Source: Eledone cirrhosa (lineage: Eukaryota). From it: 64,000 nt of DNA. The notes beneath the pieces are model-generated. The model was not told where the DNA came from. It ran no database searches and saw only the letters and a list, made by a program, of their open reading frames with translations. Of this stretch, positions 54,928-64,000 are shown piece by piece. The stretch spans positions 66,154,001-66,218,000 of the forward strand of contig OZ024746.1 of NCBI GenBank assembly GCA_964016885.1. Direction: 5' to 3'. Position 1 is the stretch's first letter. Every line of letters begins with the position of its first letter. A program made the translations under genes and the position numbers.

Positions 54928-55121
54928 TACATGAATCAAAGTTCAGTTTAAATCATTTATTTGCTTACAATTGTTTCCTCCAAACCATGCTTTGGATTCT
55001 TCGGAGCAACTATTTAGTGATTGTTCATATACTTGACCTCCTTATCAGCACAAGAGACATACAAAAACATATGCATATATTGACCCATGATTTAAACTAA
55101 ACTTTGATTCATGTGATTTCT
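54922..55121. mobile_element. 200-bp element with 35-bp inverted termini and an internal HHR
   Basis: AGAAATTACATGAATCAAAGTTCAGTTTAAATCAT / ATGATTTAAACTAAACTTTGATTCATGTGATTTCT; minus-strand UUGCU-CCGAAGA-AUCCAAA..UUUGGAG-GAAACAAUUGUA/AGCAA at 54961-55009. Confidence 0.65.
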
Positions 55122-55280
55122 ATATAACTGCTCTGTAAAACAACTGATGTTATTACATTGAGCTATTCATCTTACTGGTAATAAGATAGTAATGATTTAC
55201 TGTCTTTCACTATTTAGAGTTTAAATATATATAACCATAAAAGCTTTTATTATATACATAACCATAAATAGTATCCTTAA

Positions 55281-55390
<110 letters not shown>

Positions 55391-55403
55391 ATATATATAT
55401 GTT

Positions 55404-55440
<37 letters not shown>

Positions 55441-55441
55441 G

Positions 55442-55652
55442 ATATGGTGACTAAAAACACTTCTGAACAAGAAAGCGTCCAGTCAACATATGTTGAAAGG
55501 ACACTTTCTTATTCACAAGTGTTTTTAGTCATCATATGATTTTACCATATTTTATCTGATGAGAACGCAATTATCGTCCCAGGATGATATTTGTTTTTGA
55601 AATGCGCATAATAATATATATGGAACCTTTTTAACCATCTTTTAATTTCTTA
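55442..55652 (+). mobile_element. Family E pLTR fragment with short inverted 5' arm and HHR
   Basis: Hairpin 55442-55537; HHR 55548-55618 (CUGAUGA...GAAAUGCGCAUA/AUAA); homologous to the 51.8-kb arm. Confidence 0.8.
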
Positions 55653-55669
55653 TATATATATATATATAT

Positions 55670-58550
<2,881 letters not shown>

Positions 58551-58825
58551 CTTAAAGAGCCGGAAAAGCCTGCGTTTATTTGTATATAAAATGATACGTA
58601 CACATAAAAAATATTTACTTCTACAATTCATTTAGATTCAATTTTCATGTGTTTTTGCGTGCGAAATTCTGTTTTGCAAATCTTTCTTAAATACGACAGC
58701 TTGCGATATATATTTATTTAATTTCTGATGCTGGAGCCTAGTCAACATGATGGTAATCAGCGTTTTCACATGTATCAGAAACAGACAAGAATATTGCTAC
58801 TACTACTACTACAAGAACAACAACA

Positions 58826-58889
<64 letters not shown>

Positions 58890-58890
58890 G

Positions 58891-58923
<33 letters not shown>

Positions 58924-59163
58924 ATCATCATCATCGCCATCTTGATAGAGCGTAATTGTTTCTTTGCAGACGACCGATTATCGTCTGAATCATGATTATA
59001 TCCTGCAGTAAAAATATCATTAATATAACTATCCGTATCTTAATTATGCAACTCCAAAACAATTACGATAATATATTTGAATGTACGGGATATCGATATA
59101 TATCTATTTATATTCTGTGTCTGTGTGCAGGCATACACACATATGCATATATATATACATATA

Positions 59164-59226
<63 letters not shown>

Positions 59227-59351
59227 GCATATATATATATATACACACATGTGCATACACATATGCATATATATATGCATACACACATATGCATACACAT
59301 ATGCATACATGCATATATATATATACATACACACACATACACCCATATATT

Positions 59352-59389
<38 letters not shown>

Positions 59390-59523
59390 GAGACTGATAA
59401 AGTGTGCAACAAATACACATGTATTAATTGAAGGACAAAACAAATTTACATATGCAATGATTACCAATCCAACCAGTCTCCTCCCCTCTTGTATATATAT
59501 AAATATATATATGTATATACATA

Positions 59524-59603
<80 letters not shown>

Positions 59604-59655
59604 GCAGACTCTCTCTCACACGCACACGTACACACACACACACACACACACACAG

Positions 59656-59719
<64 letters not shown>

Positions 59720-61325
59720 TTATATATATAAAATTCTAAATTCAATTTTGAAACAGTAGATAATTGTTTAATTTACTTATATTTTCGAAATGGAAGTAAA
59801 GATTTGACTGGACATCATGCAGCACTGTTATGCGAAAATTGGTATATTTTGTAACGCTTTTGCTGATGTAATCATACGATGCAATCACAATCCTATCTGC
59901 AATTAATTATTGCTACTGACAGATATCAATACATATTATCTCACACATACTTTCCTTTCATTCTTTAAAGTTTAATTTTATTTTTCTACCATATACATCT
60001 CCTAAATACGGAGAATGTATAATATGAAAAATAAAAGTGCAAATAAAAGGGCAATTATTGTTAGATACTGTGATATTTATTATGTATTTTGTGTAATTCA
60101 AACTAATTTTATGTATGTATAGTATATTGATACGCGTAACGATATTTGAGAAATTAACTGTTTATATGAAGTGTTACATCAATATATCATCATTTACTAT
60201 CCCGTAACTCACTCCTAGAGGAGTCGTAGATGCGCTGTGTGGAATACGGCATTTCTAGGGCATATTTATAAACCTTGTGGAATTACTGCAGATTGCCTCC
60301 AGAGAACGATAGAGAGAGAGACATAGAATGGAAATGAGAAAGAGATATAGATGAAAGTAGATTGTTACATTTAAATCGAACTTTAATGAACGACAGGCAA
60401 ATTTGACCCCGGCTAGATTTGAAATCAGAGAGCAGACGGCGTAATCGAACGCCGTTGGAGACGGACGAATGCTTCAAAAACATTATTTTTACCCGTTCCC
60501 ATGCCGCTTTAGTTTTGTTTGATTTGGGAACATCAACGTATTACATAATGATGCTCTCTGATGAGATCACAGGACTGGTTACGTAAAATCTTGCGGTCAA
60601 GATCGTCATAGAAATATGTATCACATTTTATCAATAAAGAACTCTTTACCATCTACAACAAACTTCAATGTTTTCTTATTCTAAATATACCCCGTCATTC
60701 TCACATGGAAGAAGCAGCATGACGCAGTTTGCTTGAATGTAATTGCATAAATGTTTACTGTAATTATATATAAATACATGTTCGTAATTACGCAATACGA
60801 ACTTTATCCGTAAGCATGTGCATCGATGCTTGTAACAACACATTACATATATAACTATATATGAAGGATACTTGGTCGAGTTCAAATTTTGTTTTATTTC
60901 TTAACGATAGTTAAATTGATTTTATTTTAATTCCTGACATAGAAATTTTAAATAATCATTAATTTTCGTTCCCTGATATGTTGACTTAATTTAATCACAA
61001 TAAAGCGAACAAGATACGATTTTCAATAAGGATTGCTGACATCAAAAATATATATCCGACACAAAGCGAGACACGCTAAAAATATATATAACTCACATGC
61101 TCATCAATAATTTGATTGTGTATTTATCAATTTTATACGCATAGAAAAATAATTGAAACCTCTTGTGACTGAAATTCCTTAATCAGCAGTATCCGTCAAT
61201 GTGATGCGGGAATAGTTTACTTGTTGTACATATCCATATGATAAAATATATATGTATTGAATAGAAAACTGCTAGGTCGATAAGTAGATTCTTATTACTT
61301 ATAGTCAGAATTATATATATATATA

Positions 61326-61537
61326 CAGATGTGAGAAAAACCACAGACCCTCCACCTCAACTCTACTTTTGAAAAGCAGAAGAACTGCGAAACTGGTAAA
61401 GGTACCAAATAAATATATATATATATTTGTTTAAATAAGACTCCAGTCGGATTTTCGATTTCATCTTTCTTTATACTTTCACTCGTGTAGGATACCTCGG
61501 TTATTTTTCATTTTGTAAAAAAAACATCACTTTCTAA
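61326..61537 (+). mobile_element. Family B PLE terminal fragment with variant HHR
   Basis: Reverse complement of 56063-56271; (TA)n on both sides. Confidence 0.82.
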
Positions 61538-61727
61538 TATATATATATATATATATTTAAAACAAAACAGATTAAAGTTTAAGCAAAGAATCACTGCTGT
61601 CACCTTTCACGGGATTTTCTGGAAATGTTTATTTTAATAATTATTTGCGCTAGGGTTCTTATATATTTGATATATATTTATCCTTATCGAGTCCTCTTTG
61701 GATTTTAGTCTTCAAATTTATTATTAT

Positions 61728-61806
<79 letters not shown>

Positions 61807-61824
61807 TGTGTGTGTATATATCTT

Positions 61825-62005
61825 CCCAGCTTTAACTAATAAGACCATTATTCAGCCAAGTACTCGAAACGTACTTGACACTTGCGATAGTAAGTGTGAG
61901 ACTATATAAGTAAGTCAGAGCCCGAAGGCTGAGCTTTGCCGTTTTGACAGCTAATACCAGGCTCATTTCAGACTGGAAGTAGCTGTCGAAACGGCTTGAG
62001 CACTC
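61825..62005. mobile_element. Diverged family C-like fold-back
   Basis: GCCGTTTTGACAGCTA...TAGCTGTCGAAACGGC hairpin, homologous to the 17.7- and 35.5-kb copies. Confidence 0.55.
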
Positions 62006-62178
62006 AATGCTGATATTATATTTCTATGTAGTAGACATCCTTAGACATCAGAGAATTAATAGACAAAGCAAATTTGAAAACTAACGATTGTAACTTGAGC
62101 TGATCAATCGTGAAACGTGTGTGACATTTGAAAAATTATATTGATGTTATATTGATAATTTGCTCCTGCTTCGTATTA

Positions 62179-62251
<73 letters not shown>

Positions 62252-62540
62252 CATTCTTTCTGCCCCTCCTGTTTAACATGTGCGACACCACACTAATACA
62301 TTTCACTATCATTTGATAATGCATAACAATGATGAAACCGGTGATAGACAATAATTAAATATATAAATAGATAAATAAATGCCACTGTTAAATAATAAAT
62401 AAATCAACTAATATCTTAACACTTCACAGAAAGTAACACATTTGGTTTTAATCATTTTCTAACACAGAAAAAAAGAGTGAAGGAAATAAAAAAGGAAAAA
62501 TATATATTTTACATCCTAATAATCGTCTCTATCGCCCTCT

Positions 62541-62602
<62 letters not shown>

Positions 62603-62629
62603 TAACTCGTGTGCTTCCTCTCCAGATTT

Positions 62630-62660
<31 letters not shown>

Positions 62661-62998
62661 CTAGACCACGCGTGATCCAAGGGGCCAATAGCAGTCTAGT
62701 AATATACATATAGGGAGAGGCTTATAATATATATAGAAAGTGGGTTATAATATATAGAATGAGAGGAGTTTATACTATATATGGAGAGGGTTATTGGTTA
62801 TCACGGAGCTGTTGGCTATTTAAGATATCCAGAAACACCCCGTATGTCTGGGACACGCTCTCCTATTTATGCGAAACTTTTTTTATTCCATTTGTATTCC
62901 CATTAAAGGGGCAATTTCCTTTCAAGGTATTTCCCCATTATGCATCGTTTTGGCTCTATTGAATTACAGACAAGCACACAATCAGAGAGTCTTAGTAG

Positions 62999-63029
<31 letters not shown>

Positions 63030-63154
63030 ATGTATTTATGTATGTATCTTCGTACGTATGTATGTCTGGATGTATACATCATATGTTTGTGTCTAAATTG
63101 TGTGTATATATGTGTAAACGTGTGTGTGTGTGTGCGTGTGTGTGCGTGTGTATT

Positions 63155-63212
<58 letters not shown>

Positions 63213-63215
63213 CGC

Positions 63216-63262
<47 letters not shown>

Positions 63263-64000
63263 TGCAATAACTAGTAAGGGAATAATAACCAAGATCTGAA
63301 ATTTCAGATATTTTATTGTTCTAAATACGTTTCTATGAGGGTGAGAAGAAAACTGTGAAGGAAATTGACGAGGAAAACTTGCTTAAATGTCTTTTAAATG
63401 CCTGATATAGCATTGGCTCGAGGAATTTGTTATTAAACATTAAGTATGTTCAATCACGTGTCAACCGAGTATTTTAAGGATTATATCAGTGAAAAAAAAT
63501 ATTATATCACAGCAACTACATATCAGTTGTTAAGATACTTTAAAATTACATTAATATTACATAAGCAAATCAACAATCTTGAAATTCGTGGAAGCAATTC
63601 ACAGATATGTATGAAGGGCAATTCTGCTAACCAAAATGTTTTTGCATACAGATTTCTGTTTATTCTGGGTGTTCTGGGGAATGTTTACTTGCCAAATGTG
63701 CTCTAAATAATTTAGATCTTATAACATGATGGAGTTTGTCAGCTAAGGTCAATCATAACTTGTAGCATAGCGGGAAATGTTTGAACGTCAACAGCGGCTG
63801 AGTCATAGTGTAATAAGTAAAGGTCGTGCTCATGATTTAAATATATATCTCTAAGTTAATTTATGATTTTATATACAAACAGAAAAGATGATGTTGTAAT
63901 GATAAATTCATGTTACTTAAATAACAAAAACATGTAATGACAAAGCCTATATGATAAGAAAGAAATATACTATCCTAAAATAAATGAAATAAAATTTAAA

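Noticed and set aside
60555-60625. CTGATGAG...GAAATATGTATC as a hammerhead
   Set aside because: Could not form stem I or a convincing stem II

Overview
AT-rich animal genomic DNA, probably an octopod cephalopod (inferred from the SINE family and the extreme (TA)n/(CA)n/(TAA)n load). No intact host gene can be supported, and most ORF-track entries are microsatellite translations. The window is a graveyard of retroelements sorted by microsatellite. (TAA)n tracts hold R4/Dong-type RLE non-LTR elements, L1/Tx1-type 3' ends and a tRNA-derived SINE. (TA)n tracts hold many Penelope-like element (PLE) families: two RT+GIY-YIG remnants and many terminal-repeat fragments. Folding by eye finds about 18 type I hammerhead ribozyme (HHR) motifs, intact or degenerate, from about 9 families. 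Highlights: (i) a non-coding ~635-nt terminally redundant unit (511-1262) with a long-stem-III HHR, a retrozyme/circular-RNA candidate; (ii) a Neptune-type PLE whose HHR has the rare U3:A8 core in all three copies; (iii) fold-back mini-elements with two family-specific fixed endpoints at (TA)n, one with an arm starting at the predicted HHR cleavage site, suggesting priming from both ends of a break in a TA repeat. All ribozyme calls are manual folds, not covariance-model hits.
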